Assembly (NCBI GenBank): GCA_010093815.1
Contig: ML996577.1
Reading direction: 5' to 3' (one strand)
DNA from: Pseudovirgaria hyperparasitica
Taxonomy: Eukaryota
Length of the DNA: 64,000 nucleotides
Shown: in pieces, positions 34,301 through 48,000 of the stretch
Numbering within the stretch: the first letter of the stretch is position 1
Layout of the letters: every line of letters starts with the position of its first letter
Translations under genes and position numbers: made by a program
The notes under the pieces: generated by a model
Told to the model about the DNA's origin: nothing
Seen by the model: only the letters and a program-made list of their open reading frames with translations
Database searches by the model: none

Positions 34301-37300
34301 GCGTTTAATAGACCGAACGGCATTACCTTAAACTCGTATTTACCGTGAATTATATTAAAGGCGGTCTTAGGGACGTCTTCGTCGGCTACTCGTACTTGCT
34401 AAAACCCTAAGGTTAAGTCTATCTTGCTAAACACTATTAACTAGCCGAAGGCACGTAGGTATTCGTCTATACGCGGAAGAGGGGTCGTATCCTTACGCGT
34501 GAGTGTATTAAGTGCTCGATAATCAATATATATTCGTTATTTGCCTCCGGGTTTAGATACGAAAAGTACTAGGCTACCCTAGGTACTTTCTAATTCTTGG
34601 ATAAGCCCTCGCTCGATAAGCTCCTATATCTACTTCTACTATTTAGCGATTTGTTCTAGGGAGAGGCGGTAGGCGGCGTTATTAACGGGTCGGCCGTCTC
34701 CTATATCTATCTTATAGTCCTATTATCTCGAAGGTAGTAGTCCTTTAGGTAGCTTTTCTTTAAAGACGTCCTAGTACTCCGTTAAAACCGTTTATAGCAT
34801 TAGGTCGGGTGCCTATAGTATAGGAGGGTTGTCTTTCCTAATGAACTATATTACACCTTACTTACAGCCGTTTAGATATTGTTTCCGTGCTTGGCTGGCG
34901 GTAAGGACGTTTAGCACTTGTTCTCCTTATAAGTTAATGTCGATTAACGCGGGAATCCCCTTAAGGAGATACTCCTTAGTCCTTCCTCGAGCTACTAGCC
35001 TCCTAATTACTAGGGAATAGGATCTCCACGATATATTGGGATCCTATTTATAAAGCCATTCATAACCTAGAATTAGATTATAGCCCTTAAGGTCGAGTAC
35101 TCTCGCAGAGACTTCGTAAGTGAAGCTTTCTATACGAAGAGGGATTTTTATAACTTCTTAACTTGTTATTAGGGCTCCTAACGAAAGCTTAACACGTATT
35201 ACGGGGGTAGGTTACGGTACTAGCTTTAGACGCCTAGTAACCTTCGTTAACGTATACGTTCTATTAGCCCTATAGTTAATAAGGACTAAAACCCTCTAGG
35301 GGTGGACTTCCCCTACGTAAGCCTTAAGTTCTAGTAACTATCTACTAATAGAGTTTAGTTGATAGAGGCGATCGTCGATAACGTCCGTTAACTCCTCTTA
35401 ATAATAGTAGATACTCTCTAGCGATTTATAAAGCGCGTTAATATATTCGTAGTCCCATGTGTTTATCTTGTTTTCATCGGTATTATTAGTATAGAAGCTC
35501 TTATAGTCGCTCGTGGTGTCTTCTATGTCTACTATAGGCGACTAGCTTTTAGGGCCTCTTCGTTAAAGACGCTTAACGCGTTATCCTCGGTAGTAACGTA
35601 GGCTAGCTTACCTAGAGTCGGATTTTCGGGGTAGAATCTCGAGATATATCCTAACTTCTTATAGTTAAAGTATTCTCGGGTTTCGTTAAGAGCTCTTAAC
35701 GAGCCTCCTTAGTATTTACCACGGCCTCGGCCTCGGTTCTAGCCTCTACCACGGCCTCGGTTACTCTATTAACGCTTCACGAACGCGTGGAGCTTACCCT
35801 CGTCTCTAGAGTAGTCGCCTAATTTATCTTCACGTGTATATAAGTCCTTAGAAGGTTCGAATTCTTCCGGTTCCTCCTCTTCGTCTTAGTAATATATAGT
35901 ATTAATATAATGAGTAGCCTCCCGCCTATAGTATTCGTTTCTAGAGTAGATATATAAGGCTTCCTCTAGCCTCTTCACCCATAGGTACTACTCTTCTAAT
36001 TCTATAGGAGGAAAGGGCTGCTTTTCGATCTCACGTTAAACCTTAGACTTAAGGGCGCCTAGAATTCTACGCTATATCTTATATTTAGAAGGCATGGGTT
36101 ATAGGAGTCGTGCCTTTTTAACGATAGCGTCGATAAGCTTTAAGGTAGATCCGAAACGATATTAAGTAAGGTTCTCCTATTCCTTTCTACGCTATTTAGG
36201 GCGATTAGTAGAGATATACGTTCGACGTATAATATCTAGAAAGCCGTCTAGTATTTAAGGACTATCTAGGTTATTACGTCCACGGGCTTCTATAAGGCTA
36301 CGCTAGAGGGTGCGGATATGCTTTAATATATATATCCCGTAGATTTATAGTTTCTTAAACTTAGGTATAGCTTCCTAGCGCTCTACTAATTCCACGGTAT
36401 AAATCTATTCCTAGATTAATAAGTACTATTCCTCGTAGGCGTTATCTCTAGTTTCTCCCGAGTATATATCGGGTACTTAGAGTAGAATGCGGCCTCTTCT
36501 TACTAGTATAGCTAGGCTCGCCCGGTTAGGGTTATTAAGGAGGAGGTTATTAAAGTCTCTTACTAGTTCTTCTCGAGTGATATAGTCGTTTCTTATTTAT
36601 AACTCGAGTCGATTGGTATATATATTAATTAGTACTAACGTACGAGCGTCTCTAGTAAGGTCCCTTATAGCCGGGTTAGTATTAAGGAGCGCGGTAAGCG
36701 CGTTAATGGTGTTTAACGGCTTATTACGGGCGCGTCCTATATTTTAGGGAGCATTAGCTCCTCCTATAGGGACGTCGCCGTTACGATCGGGGTTCTATAA
36801 GGAAGATATCTTAATATAGCTTAGGTAAGGAAGGCGTTTCCTAGGGTGATAATTATCTTCCGAGTTAGAATTACGGCGTTAATTTATATTAACGAGTAGC
36901 TAGGATGTCTATCGCGGATATAGGGGGAGTTAATATATATTTTTCTTACGTGACTCTTTTAGCTTATTTTATAATATATTACTATCCGCTAGGACTATCG
37001 AATTTAGTCGTTAAGCTTTATTACCGTAATTTCTATCTCCGAAATTAGGATGTGTCGCTTTAGAGAAGGGTTTTTATATTAGACTCTAGGTTTATTCTTA
37101 TTATCGTCTAGTAAGTTATATAGTTCGTCGTAAGCGTTAAATGTTTTTAACGAGTTCCCTTATATAAGGGGTGAGATAACTACCCCTTAGGAGGCATCGC
37201 CGAAGCGATAGCCTCCCTAGGAGGATAAAAACCAGATTTTAGCTACTAGATGTGGGAACTTTAGTAAATTAGACGTGGTAAAATTGATTGACGTGTCTAC

Positions 37301-37382
37301 TAAGTCTATCTAAGTGCTATATATACCAGCCTAACGCTGAATAAGATCTAAGTAACGGGGATTACCTAATAGGAATCCCATA
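28307..37382 (-). mobile_element. Full-length RIP-inactivated Ty3/Gypsy LTR retrotransposon 2 (~9.1 kb)
   Basis: 132-bp LTRs at 28307-28438 and 37251-37382; TSD AATC; PPT (tcttccctcttc on +) at 28439; minus-strand protease ~35280, RT VYL(D)DI ~34225, RNase H ~33765, integrase ~33100-32200. Confidence 0.92.
29004..30900 (+). pseudogene. Antisense accessory ORF of Gypsy 2 with a DUF3716-like Cys-rich domain (boundaries approximate)
   Basis: 30177-30342 reads MARG...A(C)SS(C)ST(G)KGIFRECM...GTCLN(C)FY(Q)GN(G)KF(C)S after RIP reversal, matching the CxxC-G.F..C-CxNC-CS pattern. Confidence 0.6.
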
Positions 37383-38086
37383 AATCTACCCGAATCACCT
37401 AACCTCAAGAGGATATCTACTAATATACCTATCTATATATAACTTCAGTTCAACTCAACTATTAGCAACTCAATCCTACCCTAGAATTGAATTGGACTGA
37501 AGATCCAACCCTTGGCAAGAGGCCTCAGTTGAACTGGACTGAGTCAATTCTGGAGAGGCAGAATTGAAGTTGGACTGATTGATAGGAACTCTGCATGCAT
37601 GTTGGTTCCTCGTACCAAGATTGTCTCGGCATGGCTGTCTCACTGCTAGATCTGAGCATGCGATCGCTTGAAGGAAGCGAATTGAACAATCCATAAATTT
37701 TGCATTCACGTATCATGACAAGTACCGGGACTCGCATCGTACACCTGGCAAAGCGATGTAATTGAACCGCCTGGCTAGGCGCATGCAGTGTTGTACTGCT
37801 TCAGTAGTACAAGCTCAAGTCCAAAGCCTTCTTTTCCATCACATAATTGATAGCTGTTAAGTTAAAGTCGTCGTAGCATTCTAAGCAAACCAAATTGAGA
37901 TTTCAAGAATGACAAACATGTGGCGAGAAAAGAAGTCATCAAGAGTAAGTGGCTTTACCTACAGGCAATGGGTAGCTCAGGGATACATTCCAGATCTCCA
38001 AGACGACTGTGCAGCCCCATCTCAGATAGTATGTCTCTCGTCCGCTATAAACGTCCAAATCCATGTCTCAATCATTACCTCGCAAT

Positions 38087-39858
38087 CTACACACTAGCAG
38101 CTGCTTCAAGAGCCTTTGCAACCACTTCTTCAAGATATGCAGTACTCTCAACGCCAACGCTGATTCGCACCAAATGCTCCACGACACCAAACTTCGCCGC
38201 CCATTCAAGTTCGCGGTAATGAGCTAGCAACGTATACGGACAAGCCAGAGTGAAGTTCGTTCCCAGACTCGGGCCCTTTGCTACGTCCAGTGCATCGTGG
38301 AATGCTATGGCGGCTGCCGGCGAGACGAAGAGAATTGACAGCAGAAAGCCGTACCTCCCATCTGGGCGCCGTAACTCGTCGTACAGCGCCTTGGAAACGC
38401 TTTCTTTGGGGTAGAATACTTCAGAGACGGAGTCGTGCTGTTTAAGCTGTTGCACTATGATCTCAGCGTTCTGATTTGCGCACTCCACGCGCGAGGAGAA
38501 GTCGCGGCTGTTTTGTTCCATGACGAGAATGTCTAGCGGAAAGTATGGCTCCTTTGGTTGTTTAATGAGGTGTCCATGTAGAGCCGTGTACCAGCGTGAT
38601 TGCGGGTTAAGCGTTACAGAGCCGCCCATGACATTGCACGCGCCGCTGAACATTTTCGTGAGACTGGTACAGATAATATCGCAGTAGGGAAACAGTGAAG
38701 CGTTGATGGCAGTGACGACGGTATCATCAACTATCAAGACGAAATCATGCTCGAGGGACAGTCTATGGAGCTCTTTAAGGTCTGGGGCAACGAGAAGGGG
38801 GTTCCCGGGGAATTCAGTATAGAGCGCGTCAATCGTAAGGCCACGGTTCAAGTCCGCTATGAGTTTATCAAGGTCGGAGCTTGATGCGTGGCCATAGAGA
38901 GTACATTTGAAGTCGTGGATACGACTGAGCGTTTTGAAGGTGTCGACATATAGAAAGCTGTTTCGTCAACAGTAGGATGCATAAACGGGGAGCGGCTCAC
39001 CCAAAGACCGCAACATGTCCAACTCGAAGTTTCTTCTCTTGCATACTGCGCACCCCAAGTGCGATGTTAGTAATGGCAGACATGCCAGTCGGGAACAATA
39101 TAACATCCCTAGACAATACCTCAACCTGTTTAGTTGACATTTGTGATGCTATGCGTGATTGTAGCGCAGTGTAAGCGCAGCCCGCTTCTTTCAGAGGTAG
39201 CTTTGAGGGAAGCTCTCGACACGGCAGTTCAGGTTGAAGTTGGAATGCATGTTGTAGCCAGTAGACTGCACATCGTGATGTGATGCCGAACCCGGTGTGT
39301 TGCCAGAAGGCTTTCGCTTCATCAATAGAGCCTTCCGCGTAGGTAACGGCGTATATATCGGAGGTCGGAACGATGTGATCGGTCTCAACATCTGCATCTC
39401 CAACAATATGAATGACCCCGGGAAATCTAATTCTCAAAATTGGGCCGTACTGTGAATCATTCCGGGACAAAAACTGATGGCACATGCGGGCAGCTGTCAA
39501 AGACGACAGTAGCAGCACTGATGAAGATACGGCCAAGGAATCTCCACTCACTACAGTCTGAGCATCTGACCAAGCGGAACCTGAATGAATTTGTATCGAC
39601 GAAGAGGCAGCCTCTTCAAGTATTCGAGAGCCCAGCTGCAGAACCACGCGTGGTATGAAAAATCGTGGATAGCCTGTTTTCAACTTAAGAAGAAGTTTTG
39701 GGTCACGCTCAGCCCAAGCTACTGTGTCAGCCCATCTAGGCAAGTGGACGCTGACACCCTGATTCGTGGTTAGAGCACGTAATATTTTAGGATGTAAGAC
39801 AAACATAGATGTCACCATGCGGGAGTGCATCTCCAGCGCTGAGCCTTGAAATGTCCAT
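38087..39858 (-). CDS. Cystathionine gamma-synthase-like PLP-dependent enzyme (STR2/met-7 type), 560 aa (exons 39858-39805, 39758-39001, 38957-38087)
   Basis: GVSVHLPRW, GYPRFFI, FWQHTGFGITSR, FPTGMSAI, FG|FLYVDT, EFPGNPLL, PLP lysine SLTKMFSG, KGPSLGTNFTL; spliced length 1683 nt is in frame. Confidence 0.9.
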
Positions 39859-41499
39859 GGCTCAGACAAATTTTCAACTCTTCTGACTGTTAGATGAGGG
39901 CGTTCCTCGATCGAGCTGCGGTAGAGTTGAAGTCGACGCATAGGAAGGGGCGATCTGGCTTCAAGTCAGCTACAGATGTCACCTTAGGCGTTTATAGTGC
40001 GCGCCATTACAACCTTTTGAAACTGGTAGCTGCTTATGCATGCAGCTGAACAAGCGCCGGCGAGGTGTTTTATGGAGCCGGGGAACTTCGAATGATCCAC
40101 ATAAATATAGGTTCACCTACAGGGAGGACTCGAACTAGAGATATGAAGTATCACTGTGCGGATTATCTACCATGTGAGTAGACATGCTGTCCGAAAAAAT
40201 AGTAGCCCTTGTGCAATGAATATCATCGGGTGGACATCGAGTTGTACCAAACGATGGCTTCTCGATATGATGACTGTAGTGGGTTGCTCATGTGCACGCA
40301 GCGAAAAGCCAGGGGGTCAAGTGTCGTAATAATCATGCGGCCTTTCCAAGTTCCCAATCGGATTTATCTTAGACTTTGTATCGGACTTCATATACGTCAG
40401 GTTAAGCGCCATGTTATGATCAACAATTTAACAAGACAGGCGTGGATAAAATAAGATGAAAATGAACTGCCTAAAACATGCATAATAAGATGTACAGGCT
40501 CTGAAGAAAATGAGCGGTCAGCAGCATCAGGTAATTACCTAATTATTGGGAGTTCAGCCTCGGCGCTACTAGATCGGCTAAGTACCTCTAGATCCCACTT
40601 AAGCATCCGATTAGCCGATTTATTGTCACCGCAACTCCTCTCACAATGTTTCCATCAATCTGGGCGCGAACAGGCAGGGGCACAACGAGCCTCGGATGAG
40701 TCCTGTTCCCGGTCCCAGATATTTATATCCATCAGAAACATCGTATCATGTATGCAATTGCTGCCACATCATCGCACCGGTAACCGGTCTGGCGTAACGT
40801 ACCATGTCACTCATCTGTGACGTGTTCAATAGTTGGAATACTGAAGGGAATTACCGATTGTCATTGCACCCACAGCATTCATCACATATAAGAGCGGCAA
40901 CACCATCCCCAACTTTCCACTGGCAGTCTCCCCAACTCCAATTGGCACATTGCAAGGAGTGGCGTGAAACATCGTAATTTCTTCTTAGCAATGTGACATA
41001 TCTACCATGAAGCCAACCCTAGGTACCTACCGTCTCTACTATATGTCTCAACATTGATCCCGGCGTTGAGCTTTCTCGTATGCTCGTAATGGCCCTCTCA
41101 AAGGGTCACTCAGACCAAACAGTATTCAGGTGATCCACTTGAGCCCAGAAGCTCAGGCTGTTAACCTGAGGTCGATAGCGCAAAAAGCGATAACCCCGAG
41201 ATCAGTAGATGTCAAAAGTATGAATACATTACTTCTAAAAGGATGCTTATAACCTTAACCAACTGCTCCCCCTAAGCTCGCAATAGAGTAAAGCGACTCT
41301 CAAGGTATCCGATGATTCACTTTTCTTTGTTTTGCTAGTCTGTGATCAGTCTAATAGGGTATAGGTCCTGGATACAATCTTCTTGCGAGTCTAGAGAGTG
41401 TGTCGCTAGAGCGTCTAGAACGTAGGGCTATTTACATGCGATTTGCCGTCTCGAAAGAAGGACTAGAAGTGCAATACAATGTGACAGCATTATGGTGCC

Positions 41500-43700
41500 A
41501 TAGTTGATATGGGAGCAATGACTTCTTGGATGCGTTATTTTCATCGATGTTTAGACCATGAATACACCAGACCACTGTCAGATCCCTGAACAACGCGAAC
41601 ACTCGCATTAGCCCACCTCGATCTCATGGAATGGTTATCTTCAGTTGTTAGGAAGTTGGTAACGTGAGGAAATTTGCTGTTTTGAGCCATCAAAAAATCT
41701 CCGTATCGCCCAAATGCGCCAACAGACAGCAACTAATAGCACGTCACAGGACTTTCCCTGCCCGTAGTAATCGGTTTGCTAACAGTGTAGATGTATGCTT
41801 GATCAGTAGGTTTCACGTATGAATGCCAAAGTACCACTTCACGGCAGATCAAGCGGAACCTTATTAAGAGCTCGATTTTAGAAGACGCAAATAACGTTTC
41901 AGGAAAACCATGCGAAAACAATGCCAGCACCACTAATCACAGTCATAAGCATATGTTATGAGATAGATTACTGAGACGCATACTTGCCTATGCCCTATAC
42001 TCAATGTCCCACGCCAAGGTAGAAAGACGCCCCGACCTGTAATTGACTTAAAACCAGAACGTCATCAAGGACAGAGTGGATTTAACTTGGTGGTTACAAG
42101 GGATACTAGGTATTCTACTGTAGTAATGGGTATCTTTAGGTCTCTATGCAGAGAAGCATGTTCTTCGACTGTTATAAGAGACCATTGTCATCGCGACTGG
42201 AGGTCAATAATACTTGACCTGAGCAACAGTTCAAGCTAACTCTCTACTTTGACTTCGCCCAAGGCAGTACACAACTTACCACCTTTCCCACGTGTTACAA
42301 AATAACCAAGGTGGTATTCAAAGTGTCTTGGGATAGAACTGATCAAGATCCGTTTCGAAAGAGCATCCTATACATCACTCTATACTCCCCAAATACCACT
42401 GTTATCTTCTTACGCGTCCGATCTCACAGTACTGCCGTATTGAGCATAGAGACAATGGTTAGTATTCGTTCGATCATACAAGAATTATAAATTCTTTATG
42501 ACCTAACGGGAAGATGAGCAAGTCGGAGCTTCCCCGACACAAGACGACATAACGAAATAGTCAGCTCTGGCATCGACTAACGGTTATAGAAAGATCATTA
42601 GAGGACTATTCATTTATGATAAACTCGAGAAAAGTAAGGAAGTAGGTCTAGAAAAAGGAATGTGGTTTGAAAAGCGAGTCAGGGGCTTGAGCTATTTATG
42701 GAAGATCTGGTGCGAAACGTGCGAAACGTACGAAACGTACGAAATAATCCAGAATCTGTGAGACGACCAAAGGCGCGGACGGATTTGTTTTTTAAGATCA
42801 TTGCGCGAGAAGATACGCCCGAAACATATGGGGCGAAATCGTCCATAGAAAATCGAAGTTACTGCCACGGAGTGCATAGCTCCACTATAGCCCCCGGTCA
42901 CGATCGATACCTTCCACGAAACATTAAGAGCCGCTTTTGGGCATGGTATCGAGAATAGATCTCTTTTATGAAGGATTTATTTCTTTTCGATCTAGGATTG
43001 TAACCTAGATAGTAAGTCCAGGCGCTATTTGAGCGTTAAGTCGAAGTGAATTATATATTACAATGACTAGAGTGTCGACCCTGCTAACTTCCATCTTTTC
43101 ACAAGGTAAACATAATATTGTCGGAGTCTCGACAAAGTTATTAAGCCACTACAACGAAAGACAATACTATAATGAACTTGGTATTACTCACATCCTTCAT
43201 TAGCTCACTAGTAGCGTCATCCGTCCCAAACATCAACGGCAGACTACTAGATCTCGGCGTTATGATGACCATGTAGACCCTAGCCTACGTATAGCATATC
43301 AAGATTACAAGAGCCCTCTAGGCAGATGTGGTCAAAGAGTTTGCCATGGTAAACTTGCGAAGTTTGAATATAAGGAAGTAGTATATCTTGAAGCGTGAGC
43401 GATGAGCTCTTTCTAAAATTGATACACGATCTTTCAGCGATAATGATGGATGCCGAACGTTGCGCGTAAGGAACCTTATTGTCCATAATTTTACAGATAT
43501 GACAATGGCATGTAAAGTGTTTCGGTCCAACGGAATGCCTCGGTTGATTTCAAAAATCCAAGTCTGCCCTCTGCTAGATCTTAGGGTATCACAATTCACT
43601 AGCATTATATACCATGCTGATAGAAAGCAAGAGATAAAGCTGTAGGTAGTAGCATCGACCGTGTCGAGCGACGCCGATGATGTTAGGAAGCGGCTCCAAG
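41500..43700 (+). pseudogene. Possible degenerate ankyrin-repeat gene relic
   Basis: Scattered fragments SWNG(H)L ~41625, CSNG(H)L(Q)V ~42120, DPFxKSIL(H)I ~42347 and ASTNG(H)RKII ~42570; many stops and no continuous ORF. Confidence 0.3.
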
Positions 43701-44531
43701 TGGGGCGCCGGGCTGTTCTATTTATACACTGGGCTGAGCTTATTGTCACAAGTTATCACCTTCTAGCCGATAGAAAGTGTTTTTGACGTGCATATTTGGC
43801 TATGTATATAGCGCGGCGTAAGCGCAAATAACCTGGTTGAAACCATTCGAGAAATAGAGCACGAGGATCCCGTACGTCACTCGACACACAAGGTACAGCA
43901 GTATAGATCCAAATCGCATTTACATTTTGGACACTATTCCATTCTCTTTGCACGTTTTCCATCCACAGACAGCTCTACATCCGAACAGACCGCAGAGTCC
44001 ATTCAGAAGGAACCAAGCCCAAGGCTATCATACATTAACGAATAGAAACTAGAAAGCGAGGTAATAACCTGCAGGGGGTTAAGCTGATTCAAAGATAAAT
44101 AGTCGAATTGTTACCAGATAAGACCATTTGTGCGAATGATAGGCTTGCTGGGTATCCCGTAAAATTGTCCCCCCCCAAAAGAAGTGAAGTTGGCGGGTAG
44201 TAAAAAGCCGCTGGCGTAGACACACTAGTGTATCATTGTGCAGATGTTCCGGCAGTGATAAAACGGTGGTGATCAGGAAACCTTAGGCCCGATCTGGTAG
44301 AAGAAGAGTACAGGCGGAGAGCACAATGGGGGAATTCAGCAACTACCTGCAGCGGGCTGGATTGAAATCGTCATAAGAGCGAGAATCATAGCCAAGTGTG
44401 GCATATAGAACGTACGAATCGAGTCGATACGTTTTGGTTGAGAAGAGGAAATGAAAAGTCGTTGGGACATGGATGAGGAAGATGGCGGCACCAGATGACA
44501 TCGGCGCGCTCTAGAATTTCAGTACCGTCAA

Positions 44532-45080
44532 CTATACGGCAATATCCTTCTCTTTTAACCCTCCAATACGATCCAGGTCAAGAGACTGGAACCGATCTTG
44601 TGTATCCCGCTGGTATGGCGGCAGATCTTCTTGTAAGGGCTCGAGACCGATACTTGTCTCGCCGACGCGGACGACGACAACCCTTCCGGATTGTCTCTTG
44701 CCTGATTCATCGAATTCTTCTGGAAAGGTGATGCGAATCTCGGGGACAGGGCTGTCTGGTGTGTTGAGGGATTTCTCCATCAATTGTTGCTTTTCGTTGT
44801 ATATGAGCACGGAGTCGGGGCGTCCAGTCTCTGAAGTCGGCGTTGTGATTGTAAGGCCGCGGCTCGAGGCTGATGATCGTTTCTCGTTGTACATGGGAAG
44901 GGTTTCGGCTGCTTTTCTCGATCTGCGCAGGTGACGAAGCACAAATAGCGCACCGACGGCAATAAGTGCGACAACGACAAGGCACATAAGCGCGATAAGA
45001 AGGCTGGAAATGGTTGGATTCATTCCGTCCTTTTGTTCTTGTTCGTCGTCGCGACGGAGGAGATGATGTAAGTTAATCAT
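44532..45080 (-). CDS. Small single-pass membrane protein, 182 aa, function unknown
   Basis: Likely start MINLHHLLRR; one long hydrophobic helix followed by basic residues; SPVPEIRITFPEE...SGRVVVVRVG...LPPY tail. Confidence 0.8.
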   Translation of the reverse strand: MINLHHLLRRDDEQEQKDGMNPTISSLLIALMCLVVVALIAVGALFVLRHLRRSRKAAETLPMYNEKRSSASSRGLTITTPTSETGRPDSVLIYNEKQQLMEKSLNTPDSPVPEIRITFPEEFDESGKRQSGRVVVVRVGETSIGLEPLQEDLPPYQRDTQDRFQSLDLDRIGGLKEKDIAV

Positions 45081-48000
45081 GTTGATTGTTGAACGAAGGT
45101 AAAATTGTTTACGACGGTAGGTTCTGCGTAGAATGGTGATGCTTGCATGGACTGATGGATACCGATTGGTATTAGCGATTGAGACGAGTATGACGATACT
45201 ACTGGAGGGCGACTGATTGTGCGGAGGCAAACAATGTTTCGAAAGCGCGAGTGTGGAGCCGGGGACAAAGCTCACCTTGCAGAGGATACACCGGACAGCG
45301 AGTGTGTCGTGAGAAAGAACGTGGGTTGAGTAGGTGTTTGTGTAGCGGACTGAGGAAAGAATGGATTGCTCGAAACGGCTGAAAGAGTGAAGCCGTGACT
45401 GCGATGGAAAGAAGGAGCGGAGGTACAGGAAGACGTGAAGATGCAGGGAAGCAAGTGCTGCGATGAGGCGATGCAGAAGAAGAGAAAAGGGAAGAGAGAG
45501 ACGAGAAGAGAGAGGAGGAGAAGGGGAAACAGAGGGAGAGGGAGAGTGAATGTGAGGTTAGGGTGTTAGCTAGCGGGTTAGAGAGGCTTAGAGGCTTCCA
45601 AAGGGTCTCCAGGTGCGCAAATGGCACCGCACGGCCGGCTAAAACGCTCATTTGGCGCTTCCACCGGCGCGCTCAGGCACCAAAACGCACCAAAACGCAC
45701 CGTTTTTAGTCACCAGACCAATCACAGTCTTGTGCCTGGCCCGCCCTGCCCTAGCGCCCTGCAAGCGAAATTTGACGCCAAACCAAACAGAGATCCCCTC
45801 CTCATCGCTGTCTCGCTCACTCCAACACCAACTAGTCGCCAAAAGGAGAGCCGCGTTGAGACCGGTATAATGCGATATGTTGCTATACACCATGTCCTGT
45901 ATCTGCTTGGCTGATCAGTATTATACCACCAGACCTACCTCTGTAGTGACCTATTGGAAGCTTGTTGTGCTGGGCAGTTAACAGAGTGCCCTCAGCCTTG
46001 GCATACCATCACACACATGGATGAGGTGCCCCATCTACACTTCCCGGTCTGCACGTCACATTGCGGAGCATCATAATCATCCGAAATACTCAGCATTCAC
46101 CAATCTTCATCAAGGTTCCATGTATCGAAACGCGTCATCTAGGACTCCACGGTCTATAAGAAACTACAAGTAAGGTGAACCCTGTGTTCTCGAAAGAAAC
46201 GAAACCGAACTATACTCTACTAACCGTGCATACTGACTCTGTGTCTACGAATCAGTGACTGCGAAACCATGGCCAAATGACCGCAACACCACGACACCAC
46301 TAACACACGTCCTGTCATAACGTGGAATCCATTTCCACTCACAGCCTTGAAGTGGCATTAACACAACACTGGCAGTTAGACGGCCTTCACTCGAATTTCT
46401 CACTCACCAGCTGGAAGTGGAACTACATACCGAGATGTTGACCGTATTGCGTTCCAAACGGTCCAAGTTCTCCCAAATTGTTGCACCGGAATCTAACTCG
46501 CGAAGGCTCCGCTTATGAATCAGAATATTAAGGTACCTGGACATCTGTTATGTTCTGGATAGGTCTTCGAGTCGGTACTGACGAACACCTATTACACCAG
46601 CCAGGCTCTGAGCACTCAAGACTTTCCCAAACATGACCTTGTATGATACGGCGAAAAGTTCCATGATATCCAGTTTAGGTGACGTACCGACAGACAATAC
46701 AACCATTTCAACATTAATCAGAAGCCTCTTACTCAGCCTACCTACCTCTCATATGGTTAAATTTGAGCTGACTAAGAGCTACGCCTGAATGGTCTCCTTG
46801 CGATCGCAACGCCGATAATCCTACTGTTGCTACTAACTCTAATTATGTGCAGACAAGTCGACAGCTTATTACCAGCAGAGACAAAGTGTTGATATTCACG
46901 TGATATATCACACCCCTACTGAGTCAAGGACGGTATGGAAGCACCTGCAAAAAGTAGTATCAGCGGGCGTGCATGCCAGTCTATAGCGAACAGTAACTCG
47001 GCTGTTTTCGTTCGACTGTACAAACTTGAACATGAAGAATGCCAGAAGCACGATCCACCAGCAAGATTGAGTACTACTGTGCTGACATGGCCCCGTACGA
47101 GAGCAAGCAACGTGAAAACCTTACGGGTGACCCATCTGTACCAACTAGGTGTTGAAGATTGTGGCGCACAACGGAATGTGAGGCCGAAAAACAAGGCATC
47201 TATCTGGTGAGAGGGTGGCCTGTTGGCCGCACGACCAGGCTTGTGCGGCGACGCCCTAGCAAACTGTCTTGACATTTCCATTGTTCGTAACGTCAAACAG
47301 TCGTGTCCGAGGCTGTGCTCGCGATGGTACGAAGTGACAATCGTCTCGATTTGCGCGCTTCGAAATGCTATTGCTGGCCAAACCTGAGGAGCTGAGATAA
47401 TAATAGTCGCAGTTCAGAACAATGAATGAATGAATGAATCATGGTAACGAGCGACTCCACAGGATTCGATGAACCAAAGGCTTGGTTTTCCTGACCGCCA
47501 GAGCAAGGGACTGTGGGAATTTTGGATATACCAGGAAATGCTTGTGTCTTTGTATACATTCAGGGTCGTTGACTAGCTGCAAGGCTCGCCGTCGCTGGCG
47601 TTTGAAGACAGTGGAGGGTTTGGAGGAGCTGTAATTAATAACTGGAATGAAGACTGCAACGGCGTTTTCTCCCCCAGAGTCCCCACATCGTCAACCCCGG
47701 ACTTCCTTTTTTAAACCTCTTTCCTAGGTACTATACCAGTGCCAGCACCAGGCTGCCCAAGCCTATCGGCCTTGTCCCTGTCCTTGTCCTTGTCGGTACC
47801 CTTGTTTGCCGTCTAGGTGTGGTTTACAAAATCGATGAGTGACTGGATCCAGCTGTGCATTATGAGTATTTCTACATCCAACAGTCGCAACGCCGCACAG
47901 GAGCTCCAGCTACACCAAAGGATGTCGCAACGGCCGTTCTAGCGTGTTCGTGATACTGGTATCTGCTGTGAACAAGTCTTCTCTGCCCGGTCTTTCGCAT

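Larger units (their letters stand above)
27797..37593. mobile_element. Non-autonomous hAT-type TIR element (~0.72 kb without its nested Gypsy)
   Basis: TIRs cagacttcctatcaatcagt and actgattgataggaactctg; 8-bp TSD CATGCATG at 27789-27796 and 37594-37601; subterminal gttgaactggactga repeats at both ends; no transposase seen. Confidence 0.85.

Noticed and set aside
39859..39941. Track ORF start for the PLP enzyme at 39941
   Set aside because: It reads through a 46-bp intron; the ATG at 39858 gives a family-like N-terminus.
45081..45651. N-terminal extension and neighbouring ORFs of the membrane protein
   Set aside because: Pyrimidine-rich leader-like, low-complexity sequence without protein features.
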